The notes beneath the pieces were generated by a model, which ran no database searches, was not told the origin of the DNA, and worked only from the letters and a program-made list of their open reading frames with translations. The position numbers and the translations under genes were made by a program. Below are positions 47,921 through 57,294 of a DNA stretch of 64,000 bases, piece after piece. The stretch comes from Myxococcales bacterium (GTDB lineage: Bacteria; Myxococcota_A; Polyangia; Polyangiales; DASUME01), in the NCBI GenBank assembly GCA_047601445.1, contig JASGJH010000001.1, positions 3,808,001 to 3,872,000 on the forward strand, given 5' to 3'. Every line of letters starts with the position of its first letter. The stretch's first letter is position 1.

Positions 47921-49587
47921 GCTGCCCGCCTTACGTACGGCACCCGTACCTTGAATGTCGTCCCTCTACCCACGGCGCTCTCCACTTCCACGCTGCCTCC
48001 ATGCAGATCCAGTGCGCGCTTCACCACCGACAATCCGAGGCCCGTCCCGGGCAGCGCCGCCACGTTTTCGCCGCGGTGGAACGCCTCGAACAAGTGTTCT
48101 CGATCGCGCTCCGAGATGCCGATGCCCTCATCGCGCACCTCGATGGCGAGCTCGTCTCCCTCACGCCCCACGCACAACGACACGCGCCCGCCGTTGGGCG
48201 AGTACTTGATCGCGTTGGAGAGCAGATTCTCGATCACGTGCCGCAACAGGGATTCGTCCGCAAAGACCGGCTCGTCGATCGTCATTTGAAGGTCCAGGCG
48301 ATGACCGGCCTGCGCGCCGCGGGCGGCCAACTCCATGACCTCCTCGCACAGGCCCGCGAGGTCGACCTCCCTGGGCTTGAATTCGAGCTTGCCGGCGTCG
48401 GCGCGCCCGATCATCAACACAGCATCGAGCATGCGGGTCATGCCGATCACGGCCGTGCGAATGCGCGCGAAGTGCTGCCCCTTCTTCTGAGCACCCCAGC
48501 GCGCGTCGTAGGCTTCGAGCATCTCGCTCGATGACATGATGGCGCTCAGCGGCGTGCGGAACTCGTGTGACGTCATGGACACGAAGCGGGTCTTGAGCTC
48601 GCTGAGCTCACGCTGCTTTGCTTGCTCCTCGCGCAAGCTCACCAACACCGCGGCGAGTTGCTCGCTGGTTTGCTGCAAATGCTCGGCGTAGAGCCGCATG
48701 CGAGCGATCACATAGAGCGCACCTGCCACCACGGCGCACAGCAACAGGCCAAACGACAGCTCGTCGTCGCGATGACTGCGCTCGAGGGCTTGGCGGCGCA
48801 CCTTGTCGTAGCTGGCTCGCAGGGTCTCGATGGGCGCGAGGAACACGGGATCGACGATTTGGCTCACCAGGGCTTCGACCACCGGCGCGTGCTCACGCAC
48901 TGCGCGCGCATGCTCCAGCACCAAAGAAAGTTCGCTCGAGAGGTTCGGCACGGCGCTCGGGAGGCGAGCCATCGCGGCGCTGCCGTTGCCGGCAACGCTC
49001 GCGGGCACGGCCAGGCGGTCGAGTCGTGCGCTGATGCGCCCGAGGATGGCGGGATCGAGCTGGAAGCGTAGGAGCAGCACGTCGCGGACCAGGGCATTGG
49101 CGTCCTGCTTGAATGCGGACTCTACCTCTCCGCGATCGTGGAACGCGTCGAGGGCGCGGGCCGCCACGGGTAGGAACAGCAGCGAGTTGCGCACCAGGGC
49201 GTTCTCGGTCTTGAAGCGCTCGAGCAGCGCGCCGAGACGTCGCGACTCCCGCTCGGAGGCTGCCACGCCGCGCACGAGCCCCTCACGCAGCGCAGGCTCG
49301 AGAAAACGCGGGGGCTCGCGCAGCCGCGCGTGCAGGCGCACGAGCGCCGCTTGGGCCTGGACCAATCCGTCGTAGTGCCCCACCAGGGCCAGGCGTGTCT
49401 TGAGGGTCTGGGAGGTGAGCTCGACGTTCAGCGCCTGCACCGCGTCGAGCGCCCGTGCGTAGTGCTCGGCCTCACGCGCGTCGCTGCGCCGGCCCCAGGT
49501 CCAGGCGCGCTGTGCGAGGCCCGCCACTGCGAAGCCCAGGAGGGCCGCCAACATGACCCGCCGCACGCGCTCCCAGTCGCTTCTCAC
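47917..49587 (-). CDS. Sensor histidine kinase with helical periplasmic (DAHL-like) domain
   Basis: TM; YDGLV..ERFKTENALVRNSL helical sensor; TM; SHEFRTPL; NLLSNAIKYS; GTGLGL. Confidence 0.88.
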
Positions 49588-50654
49588 AGCGGCCTCCCGC
49601 GCAGCTCACCGGTCAGGGAACGCAAGAACGCGACGATCTCCGCCGCCTTGTCCCCGGGCAAGTCACGCCCGAGCTGCACCCGCGCCATGGTGGTCACCGC
49701 CTCCTCGAGGGTCCACACCGAACCGTCGTGAAAGTACGGGGCCGTCAGGGCCACGTTGCGCAGGCTAGGCACCCTGAACACGAAGCGATCCGCTTCCTGT
49801 CCGGTCTCCGCGAAACGACCGAAGTCCGCTTGCGAGACGCCCCCGCGCGCACGGAAGTAGTCCCGCATCACGCCGAAGCGCTGGAACATGTTGCCCCCGA
49901 CGTTCACGCCCTGATGGCAGCTGATGCAGCCGTAGTCCCGAAAGGTGTCGTAGCCCCGTTGTTCCTCTGCACTCAGGGAAAGCTCGCCGCGCAAGAATCG
50001 ATCGAAGCGAGCGTTGGGCGTGACCAGCGAACGACAGTAGGCCACGAGCGCATCGCGCAGGCTGTCCACGCTCAACCCGCCAGGATAAGCCGCTCGAAAT
50101 CCCGCGCTGAGATCTCCGTCGCGAACGAGCTGCGCGAGCGCGCGCTCCCAGCTGCTCGCCATGGCGGCTGGACTGCCCATGGCGAAGTCGAGCTGCTGCT
50201 CGATGGTGGCGAAGCGCCCGTTCCACGCATAGCGAAAGTCGAAAGCCACGTTGAACACGGACGGCACGTTGACCTTGCCGCGCGGTCTTCCTGGTGCCTC
50301 GGAGCTGACCCGACCATCGGCCCCGCCGTGAGCGAGCGAGTGGCAGTCGACGCAGGCGACGCTGCCATCCCCCGAGAGGCGCGAATCCTGGAACAGACGC
50401 TCCCCGAGCGCGACTCGCGCAGGATCCACGTCGACGCGTTCAGGCAGCGGTTCGATGGCCCGCGTGACGCTGCGCGACGACCTGGCGGCGACGAGCGCGC
50501 TCTCCTGCTCTCGAGGTTCTTCGACCTCGAGCGGCGCGCACGCAGACGCGAGCACGCAACCTGCAATGCAACCTGCAAACCAGGCCCACAGTAGGCCCGT
50601 GCAATACGGACTGAGTCTGCGCGGCCCTAGCACCGCGGGAGTATACGGACCCAC
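49584..50654 (-). CDS. Di-haem cytochrome c peroxidase-family protein (start uncertain)
   Basis: LGERLFQDSRLS; CVDCH; WNGR; CISCH; FRVPSLRNVALTAPYFHDGS; FLRSLTG. Confidence 0.9.
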   Translation of the reverse strand: MGPYTPAVLGPRRLSPYCTGLLWAWFAGCIAGCVLASACAPLEVEEPREQESALVAARSSRSVTRAIEPLPERVDVDPARVALGERLFQDSRLSGDGSVACVDCHSLAHGGADGRVSSEAPGRPRGKVNVPSVFNVAFDFRYAWNGRFATIEQQLDFAMGSPAAMASSWERALAQLVRDGDLSAGFRAAYPGGLSVDSLRDALVAYCRSLVTPNARFDRFLRGELSLSAEEQRGYDTFRDYGCISCHQGVNVGGNMFQRFGVMRDYFRARGGVSQADFGRFAETGQEADRFVFRVPSLRNVALTAPYFHDGSVWTLEEAVTTMARVQLGRDLPGDKAAEIVAFLRSLTGELRGRPL

Positions 50655-50966
50655 TCTGACACTCTCTGTAGTGGTTTCTTCGGTCGTCCCATTTTGCGCA
50701 GATTGCGCAAGCGTGCGAGCCCTGTGGACGTTCGGGCATGTGTTACGGACGTTCGGACAAAGCTCGGCTGGACAGCCCGCGCCCTACGTCGGCTCGGGCC
50801 GCCGCCTTCCCCGCCTGACATCGATTGCCTACGAGCCACTCAAACCAGCAACAACTTCCGGCAGATCGGAGCGCAGAGAGGCCCCAGCGGATCGGCGTGG
50901 CGAGGCAGTCTCTTGGGGTCGCCAGGTGGTGAGCCGAGCGGCCAACACGGGGGTAAACTGCCCGGG

Positions 50967-51578
50967 ATGTTCTACGAAACGCGCCTCGACGACCATGGCT
51001 TGCCCGCCGACCCGCTGAAGGCCCTGGTGATTCCGCGCCCCATCGGCTGGATTTCCACGCGTAGCAAGAGCGGTCAGGTGAACCTGGCGCCATACAGCTT
51101 CTTCAACATGATCCACGACGAGCCCCCGATCGTGCTGTTCTCTTCCGGGGGCCTCAAGGACAGCGCTGCCTTCGCCATCGAGTCGGGTGAATTCGTGGTC
51201 AACCTGGTGAGCGAACCTCTCATGGTGGCCGCCAATGCGAGCGCCGTGAACGCTCCTCGCGGAGAGAGTGAGTTCGCCTACGCCAAGGTCACCGAAGCCC
51301 CAGCGCGCCTCGTCGGAGCCCCGCGCGTGGCCGAAGCCATGGCATCGCTCGAGTGCAAGGTCACCCAGAGCTTCCACCCGCGCACCCTCGATGGCAGCGC
51401 GGACGATGCCGTGGTCGTCGTGGGCCAAGTGGTGGGCGTGTTCATCGATGAGCGCATCTTGACGAACGGTCGCGTGGACGTGGCCAAGCTGCTGCCCGTG
51501 GGGCGACTCGGTTACTCGGACTTCGGCGTGATCCGCGCGGGCATCACGGTGCGCCGCCCCAAGTGGAACGACGGCTGA
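50967..51578 (+). CDS. Flavin reductase-like family protein
   Basis: LVIPRPIGWIST..NLAPYSFFN; KDS..GEFVVN; SLEC; VGRLG. Confidence 0.88.
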   Translation: MFYETRLDDHGLPADPLKALVIPRPIGWISTRSKSGQVNLAPYSFFNMIHDEPPIVLFSSGGLKDSAAFAIESGEFVVNLVSEPLMVAANASAVNAPRGESEFAYAKVTEAPARLVGAPRVAEAMASLECKVTQSFHPRTLDGSADDAVVVVGQVVGVFIDERILTNGRVDVAKLLPVGRLGYSDFGVIRAGITVRRPKWNDG

Positions 51579-51737
51579 CAGGGAAGCGCCCTATCGCGGC
51601 ACGCCCTGGATGCAGGCGTCCTCGGACGAGAGCACCTCACGCGCGAGCTCGATTCAGGGTTAAACCCACTGACTCCGGTGAAGCACACGCCTAGAGCACG
51701 AGTCGTTCGACCCATCACAAACAGGAGAACCTCTCGC

Positions 51738-52076
51738 ATGCTCAAGAAAATGCTCGCCCCTCTGTTCGCCATGCTCGCGCTGTCCGCCTGCGGTGACGAC
51801 GATGACGGCGGCAGCCACGGGACCGCCCAAGCCAACCCTCAGATCCATGCCTACTGCGAGGCAAACTGTAAGAAGAACGACGAGTGCGGCGTAAAGACGC
51901 TGTTCGAGGGCGGCGATTGCGTCACCGTGTGCGAGGGATTCACCACGGCCTTCGGGGAATGCAAGCCGAGCCAGGCCGTCACCGACGCCTGCATCAAGGC
52001 CATCCAGGCAAACACCTGTGACGCCCAGATGAACGACGACGAACCCGAGGAATGCGACGCCATCTGCCCGGAGTAA
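51738..52076 (+). CDS. Small Cys-rich lipoprotein
   Basis: AGGAG RBS; lipobox LSA-C; Cys-rich mature part. Confidence 0.8.
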   Translation: MLKKMLAPLFAMLALSACGDDDDGGSHGTAQANPQIHAYCEANCKKNDECGVKTLFEGGDCVTVCEGFTTAFGECKPSQAVTDACIKAIQANTCDAQMNDDEPEECDAICPE

Positions 52077-52154
52077 GCAGAGGCACGATGAGGGGCGCAG
52101 GTCACCCCCGCATCGAACGGGACCTTCGCGAAACTGATGATACGCTCGCGCCCC

Positions 52155-52904
52155 ATGATCGGTGCACGCGCTTGGGGGGCGTTCGGGTGTTGGCTGTGGG
52201 TCGCGGCGTCCTTGCCGCTCCCCTGCGCGGCCGAAGACGCACCGCCGGCGGCATCCCCTGTCCCCTCCGATGCACCCCCGGCGACTTCCGAAGCAGCTCC
52301 CGGGCCTGCGGTGGACAACGCGACGCTGCCTCCAGCAAGTGACCCGGCTCCGCCTGCCGTGGGGGGAACGCCGGCCGCCACCGCCGTGCCGACCGCATCC
52401 ACCGTAAGCGCTCCGCCAAATGGACTCGATGGCGCGGCTCCGGTGGAGCCCCAGGGCGCTCTGGCCAGTCCCGGTTCGGCGTCCGCCCCACCGTCGCCCA
52501 GCCTGCCCAGCCCAGGCGTGGTCCCTCCGGCGTCCGCCTCTGCCGTGCCGGCTGCGGGGACGGCCTCTGCTCCCAGCGCGGCGGGGCCCCCCGTGGTAGC
52601 CAAGGTCCGCGGCCGCTCGAATGGACTGCGCGCGCTGCGTTGGGGTGGCCTCGCGCTGGCCGCCATCGGCATCAACGTGGCAGCGGGCAGCTACACCGCC
52701 TACGTCAACGGCGCCCACGAGCACAACCGCTACCAGGAGCTGCGCATGCTGAACGACGCCGGCTGGATCATGTGGGCAGTGGGTACGACGATGCACCTGG
52801 TGTCGTGGATGATCGACCCGCGCTTCAAGGAGACCAAGGCCGCGCCCGCCCCCTCGGTCGATGACCGCAACCGAGCCGCCCTTCTGGGACCTCGCAGGTA
52901 CTGA
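52155..52904 (+). CDS. Pro/Ala-rich exported or membrane hypothetical protein
   Basis: Signal-like N-terminus; low-complexity stalk; two C-terminal hydrophobic segments. Confidence 0.6.
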   Translation: MIGARAWGAFGCWLWVAASLPLPCAAEDAPPAASPVPSDAPPATSEAAPGPAVDNATLPPASDPAPPAVGGTPAATAVPTASTVSAPPNGLDGAAPVEPQGALASPGSASAPPSPSLPSPGVVPPASASAVPAAGTASAPSAAGPPVVAKVRGRSNGLRALRWGGLALAAIGINVAAGSYTAYVNGAHEHNRYQELRMLNDAGWIMWAVGTTMHLVSWMIDPRFKETKAAPAPSVDDRNRAALLGPRRY

Positions 52905-52906
52905 GC

Positions 52907-54286
52907 ATGCGCATGCGCTTTCAACTCTTGCTCTTGTCGATCTGCGCGCTGAGCAGCGCCTGTTTGCGCCTGATGGAGAAGGATCCGGGCGAGGACAACG
53001 TCGACACGACGCCCTATCCCCCCGGCTGGACGCCGATTCACGAAGGCGCGCTCAACGAGCCCTGTCGCTACGGCATCTCCTGTGACGACGAGTTGATCTG
53101 CGATCGCGACCGCGACCTCTGCGTGGAACCCGAATGTCGCTCCGACACCGACTGTGCGACCAAGCGCTGCTCCGGCGGCGTATGCGTCGTCGAATGCGAG
53201 TTCGACTTCGACTGTGATCTGTGGAGCTCGTGCATCAACCAGCGCTGCGTGGATACGACGGCCTGTGAACCTGGCAAGCCAGCGCCCCAGTGCGGCGCCC
53301 ATGCCTGCGATCGCACCACGCGCCACTGTGCCACGAGTTGCAACGAAAACGAGGACTGCGCCCCCGCGTACGCCTGTGACTACGGAGTGTGCAAGCCTGC
53401 GTGCACGCGTCGCGACGACCCGCTCTGCGATGGCTTCCTGTGCGATGTGTCCAACGGCACCTGCCAGCGCTACTGCTTCTCGCAAGATGGCTGCTTGGGA
53501 GCCTATCGCTGCGAGGACGATGCCTGTGTGCGCGACGAGCAGGCCACGCCCTGCCAAGTGTCGAATCCCAAGGTCTGCGGTAATTTCGCCTGCGATGCCT
53601 CACTCGGCTTGTGCGCATCGCACTGCGCCACCGACAACGATTGCGCCCAGGGCCGGGGCTGCGCTCCGGCTCGCTGCGAGGGCTCCTTCTGCAGCGAAAT
53701 CGCCAATGAGTGTCGCCCCACGTGCGATAGTGACAGGCGGGCCACCTGTGGCGAATATCGCTGCGATCTGAAAGCACACGTGTGCGAGAACGAGTGCTAC
53801 GACGACCAGGACTGCGGCTCCGGCTACGCCTGCAATACGTACACGCGCAGATGTGTGACCGACGGGTCGAGCAAGCCGTGCACCTCGGACCCGGACTGCG
53901 GCTCCTACGTGTGCGGTGGCAACGGCAAGTGCTTCACTCACTGCCGCGCTGACGCCGATTGCCGCGACGGCACCAAGTGCAGCTCCCTCGGCTACTGCGC
54001 CCTGCCCTGCGACCAAGCCTTCGACCCAGCCTGCAAGGGCTACGAGTGTCATGCCGGCGAGGGACTCTGCTACACCAAGTGCCTCGACACCCCGAGCTGC
54101 GACGAGGGCTACGGGTGCATCGACGAGCAGTGCGTTCCCGCGGCGAGCTGCAGCGCCGGTGCGAGCGCAGCCTGCGGTGCCTACGCGTGCGACCTGGGGG
54201 CCGGCAAGTGCTACACGCGCTGCACGACCGACAGCCAGTGCTCCTCCGGCAACGTCGGAGCCTGCGGGTTCGGCTCGTGCCTGTAG
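52907..54286 (+). CDS. Cys-rich repeat lipoprotein
   Basis: Lipobox SSA-C; repeated CG.Y.CD....C...C..D.DC units. Confidence 0.82.
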   Translation: MRMRFQLLLLSICALSSACLRLMEKDPGEDNVDTTPYPPGWTPIHEGALNEPCRYGISCDDELICDRDRDLCVEPECRSDTDCATKRCSGGVCVVECEFDFDCDLWSSCINQRCVDTTACEPGKPAPQCGAHACDRTTRHCATSCNENEDCAPAYACDYGVCKPACTRRDDPLCDGFLCDVSNGTCQRYCFSQDGCLGAYRCEDDACVRDEQATPCQVSNPKVCGNFACDASLGLCASHCATDNDCAQGRGCAPARCEGSFCSEIANECRPTCDSDRRATCGEYRCDLKAHVCENECYDDQDCGSGYACNTYTRRCVTDGSSKPCTSDPDCGSYVCGGNGKCFTHCRADADCRDGTKCSSLGYCALPCDQAFDPACKGYECHAGEGLCYTKCLDTPSCDEGYGCIDEQCVPAASCSAGASAACGAYACDLGAGKCYTRCTTDSQCSSGNVGACGFGSCL

Positions 54287-54310
54287 CAGAAAGCTAGGCC
54301 GAGCTCCCGT

Positions 54311-55489
54311 TCAGGCGCTGGCTTGCTCGGCCGACGCGCCATCCACAGGCGCCTCGAAGAACTCCACGACTTCGCGCTCGCGGGCTTTGGTGTCCTGGTA
54401 ACCGAGATCCATCAATCGCTGCACATAGCCCGGCTGGAAGGCGAGATAAGACATCATGTCGAGCCCCGAATTCCCCTGGGCACCCGCGCTCTTCAGCAAG
54501 TAGCGCAGCATGGTGGGGAACTTGCGCGCCTCGTCGCCCACAAGGCGGCCCAGATCCTGCGAGGGGCGCAGGGACAGGGCCGGGATGCGTCGCAGTGAAT
54601 CCGGGTGTTGCTTGCGAGCCGCCGCCGAGACGAAGCCGAGCGTGCGGTTGATGCGCTGCAAGCGCTCGAGGTCGTTGTCCAGTGAGTCCAGGAACAGCGC
54701 GTTCAAGAGCACGCCACCGATCTGGGCCACGCTCACGTTCTCGGCGCGCGCTTCGCGATTGAGTTTGAGCGTCTGCTCGGAGCTGCGGGCATAGCGGATG
54801 CCAATGGCGACAATCTTCTCGGCCCCCAGGTGGATGGCCGGACTGACTGGCGTGGTCATGCGCACGCCGCCGTCGCCGTACATGCAGCCGTTGATGGAGA
54901 CCGGCGGAAAGAAGATCGGAATGGCGGCGGAGGCCATCACGTGCGAGAGCGTGATGCGGTCACGGAAGGCCACCCGGTCGTAGCGAATCCAGGGCTGCAC
55001 CTCGGGAGGCGCGTCGAAGAAGCTCACGATCGTGCCGGTGAGATAGTTGGTGGCCGAGACCGCGACCCCGCGCAGCGCGCCGCTCTCGATGTGACGTTGG
55101 ATGCGACTCGTATCCATGCGCGCGCCGAGGAGCTCGCGCAGCGGCGCAGTGTCGAGCAAGTAGTTGGTGGGGCTGCGACCGACGAGCCCACCCAGCGTGA
55201 GGTCCTTGATCCAGCGCATGCCGAGCGTGGTCAGACTAGACACGTCGGTACGGTAGACGGCATCGGGCGTCAGTGAGAGCCACGTCTCACTGAGCAGCGC
55301 CACGGCCTCCTTGAAGTCGTCGGCGCCGGTGGCCAGGCTGACCGCGTTGATGGCGCCCGCCGACAGGCCCGCGAGGATATTGAAGGGGAGCGCCTTCTCG
55401 CTCGAGATCTCCTGGAGCGCGCGCAGGGCACCTACCTGATACGCCGCCCGGGCCCCACCACCGCTCAAGACGAGTCCTACATTCACCAC
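54311..55489 (-). CDS. Patatin-like phospholipase
   Basis: LSGGGARAAYQVG; GLSAG (GxSxG); ASAAIP; DGG. Confidence 0.92.
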   Translation of the reverse strand: MVNVGLVLSGGGARAAYQVGALRALQEISSEKALPFNILAGLSAGAINAVSLATGADDFKEAVALLSETWLSLTPDAVYRTDVSSLTTLGMRWIKDLTLGGLVGRSPTNYLLDTAPLRELLGARMDTSRIQRHIESGALRGVAVSATNYLTGTIVSFFDAPPEVQPWIRYDRVAFRDRITLSHVMASAAIPIFFPPVSINGCMYGDGGVRMTTPVSPAIHLGAEKIVAIGIRYARSSEQTLKLNREARAENVSVAQIGGVLLNALFLDSLDNDLERLQRINRTLGFVSAAARKQHPDSLRRIPALSLRPSQDLGRLVGDEARKFPTMLRYLLKSAGAQGNSGLDMMSYLAFQPGYVQRLMDLGYQDTKAREREVVEFFEAPVDGASAEQASA

Positions 55490-55664
55490 CTGGCGATCCT
55501 ACCGGAGTGGCAGCGCAAGACCGATGGCATTTCGTGCGAGAGGCCTGCCCTTGGCCCGCTTACCGAGACGCCCAGACCACAGGTGATGTGCCCGCTGCGA
55601 ACACCCGACGCGAACATTTCACGACCGGCCCGCCAAAAACTGCGTTTTCGGCCACAAAATCGAA

Positions 55665-55680
55665 TGGCACCCGGCTTGCT
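55665..55680 (+). promoter_or_regulatory. sigma54 -24/-12 promoter
   Basis: TGGCACCCGGCTTGCT, near consensus, ending 15 bp before ATG 55696. Confidence 0.55.
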
Positions 55681-55695
55681 CTGGGTTAGCCGCTC

Positions 55696-56403
55696 ATGCC
55701 ACTGCGCTCGCCCCGACTCTTCCTCCTTCTCTGGCTGCTGGGCTTCGGGTGCGCCGTCCCTGCGGCCCGGGCGCAAGCGGTGCCGCCCCCCGCGCCGGCT
55801 GCCGGTCCCGCGCTGCCCGACCATGACTTCGGCGTACGCGGCAACGTGGGCCTGATGCACCAGAGCAACGGCTTCGTCTTCCTGATCGAGCCCGTGGCGG
55901 CCTACCGCTACAAGTTCCTTACCGGCGGGGTGGGCGGGCGGCTTGGGTTCTATCACCACATCTCCACGTCACTCGGTGCCTTCCTGCAGGGAGGGTTCGT
56001 GTTGCCCTTCGAGCGCGGCCGCATCGAGCTCCTCGGCCTCGCGGGGTTCAACAGCTATGCGAACATCGAACGCGAGATGGGCCTCGGCCGAAGGGATCCA
56101 GGACTCGACATCACGCTGCCCTTCGCAGGCGCGCGGCTCGGTGCAGGCCGCCTGTTCGGACGAGGCCGCGTCAGAGCCCTCCTGGGAGGCTCCGTGGCAT
56201 TCGAGCGCGACCTGCGACAGGGCTCAAGGGCCTATGAGTACATCTATCAACCCGACGGCTGGATCGGTGAGCCCGACGACCCTCAGCAACTCACTGCGCG
56301 CCATCACTTCGGCTGGACGCGCTTCGGCGTGTTCGTCAATGCGGGCATCGTGATCGAACCGCGCCGTCACGCCTCGAGCGGACGCCCCGCGCGCCGACCT
56401 TAG
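55696..56403 (+). CDS. Hypothetical secreted protein, probable small outer-membrane beta-barrel
   Basis: Signal peptide (ARA-Q); alternating Gly/aromatic beta-strands. Confidence 0.6.
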   Translation: MPLRSPRLFLLLWLLGFGCAVPAARAQAVPPPAPAAGPALPDHDFGVRGNVGLMHQSNGFVFLIEPVAAYRYKFLTGGVGGRLGFYHHISTSLGAFLQGGFVLPFERGRIELLGLAGFNSYANIEREMGLGRRDPGLDITLPFAGARLGAGRLFGRGRVRALLGGSVAFERDLRQGSRAYEYIYQPDGWIGEPDDPQQLTARHHFGWTRFGVFVNAGIVIEPRRHASSGRPARRP

Positions 56404-56999
56404 CGCTCCGAGATCTTGCGAGGCGGAGCCTTCTCCACCTCCGAGAGCGGCATGGGACAGGTCTCACGCAGCTTGCAGCCCGCGCACTCGCTGCCGCGCC
56501 AGACGCGCTCGAAGACCTCCTGGGTAGCATCGAGGAGGCGCTCGTCCTGGGACATCACGCCGAGCTCGAAGTTGCGCCGTCCTTCTTGCTTGGCCCCGAG
56601 CCCTGCGCCCGTCCAGTTGGCGCTCCCGAAATACACGCGCTGACCGTCCACGATCACCAGCTTGAGGTGGTTGCGCGGACACTGCCTGAGCTCGAGGCCG
56701 CCCTTCACCAGGCGTCGTTGGCGGTCGAAGTCCCGGCGAAAGATCCGCGACGGCTCACCAGCGTGCAGCAGACGCAGCTCCACCTTGCGCTCCGCCAGCT
56801 CGCTGAAGGCCGAGAGCACCGAGCGATATGGGGTGCGCCCGCGACGGCGACCGGGCACGAGCCGCGCGTCCTCGATCATCAGCTCCTTGAGGTTGGCGGT
56901 GGCGATCCACACGCTGCGCTTGGCTTCGAGCACGTGGTCAATGATGGTCGGATAGTGATCACCATGAACGAGGAGCTCGAGATCGACGGCGCGCAACAT
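56400..56999 (-). CDS. Single-HKD phospholipase D-like protein with C-terminal Cys cluster
   Basis: HLKLVIVD..GSANWT..RNFELG; CAGCKLRETCP. Confidence 0.85.
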   Translation of the reverse strand: MLRAVDLELLVHGDHYPTIIDHVLEAKRSVWIATANLKELMIEDARLVPGRRRGRTPYRSVLSAFSELAERKVELRLLHAGEPSRIFRRDFDRQRRLVKGGLELRQCPRNHLKLVIVDGQRVYFGSANWTGAGLGAKQEGRRNFELGVMSQDERLLDATQEVFERVWRGSECAGCKLRETCPMPLSEVEKAPPRKISER

Positions 57000-57294
57000 C
57001 GGGATCGATCTGCTAACGCTACAACCGCGTGGAGGTCAAACTTTGTGAACACGCGAGGCTCTCTCCTGCTCTCGCGTGCAGGTTCGTGGCTTCTCTCACG
57101 CGAATTCAGGGACGCGTCTGCCACCGGGCGAAAGCGCTGTTTCTGCCCGACGTAGTTTCGAGCCCGCGCGTGGCCCGAAGGTGAATCGCGAGCTTGCATG
57201 GGTCCCGGCCAGGGGACACTGATCATGCTCGGGAGTCTGTTCGGCAGACGTCTGCGTCTGATTCGCCTGCCGGTTTTCGAGTCGGGAGGAAGCC

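Noticed and set aside
56400..56999. PLD protein (or patatin) as an anti-phage effector
   Set aside because: No helicase, methylase, cyclase or other defence genes are adjacent.
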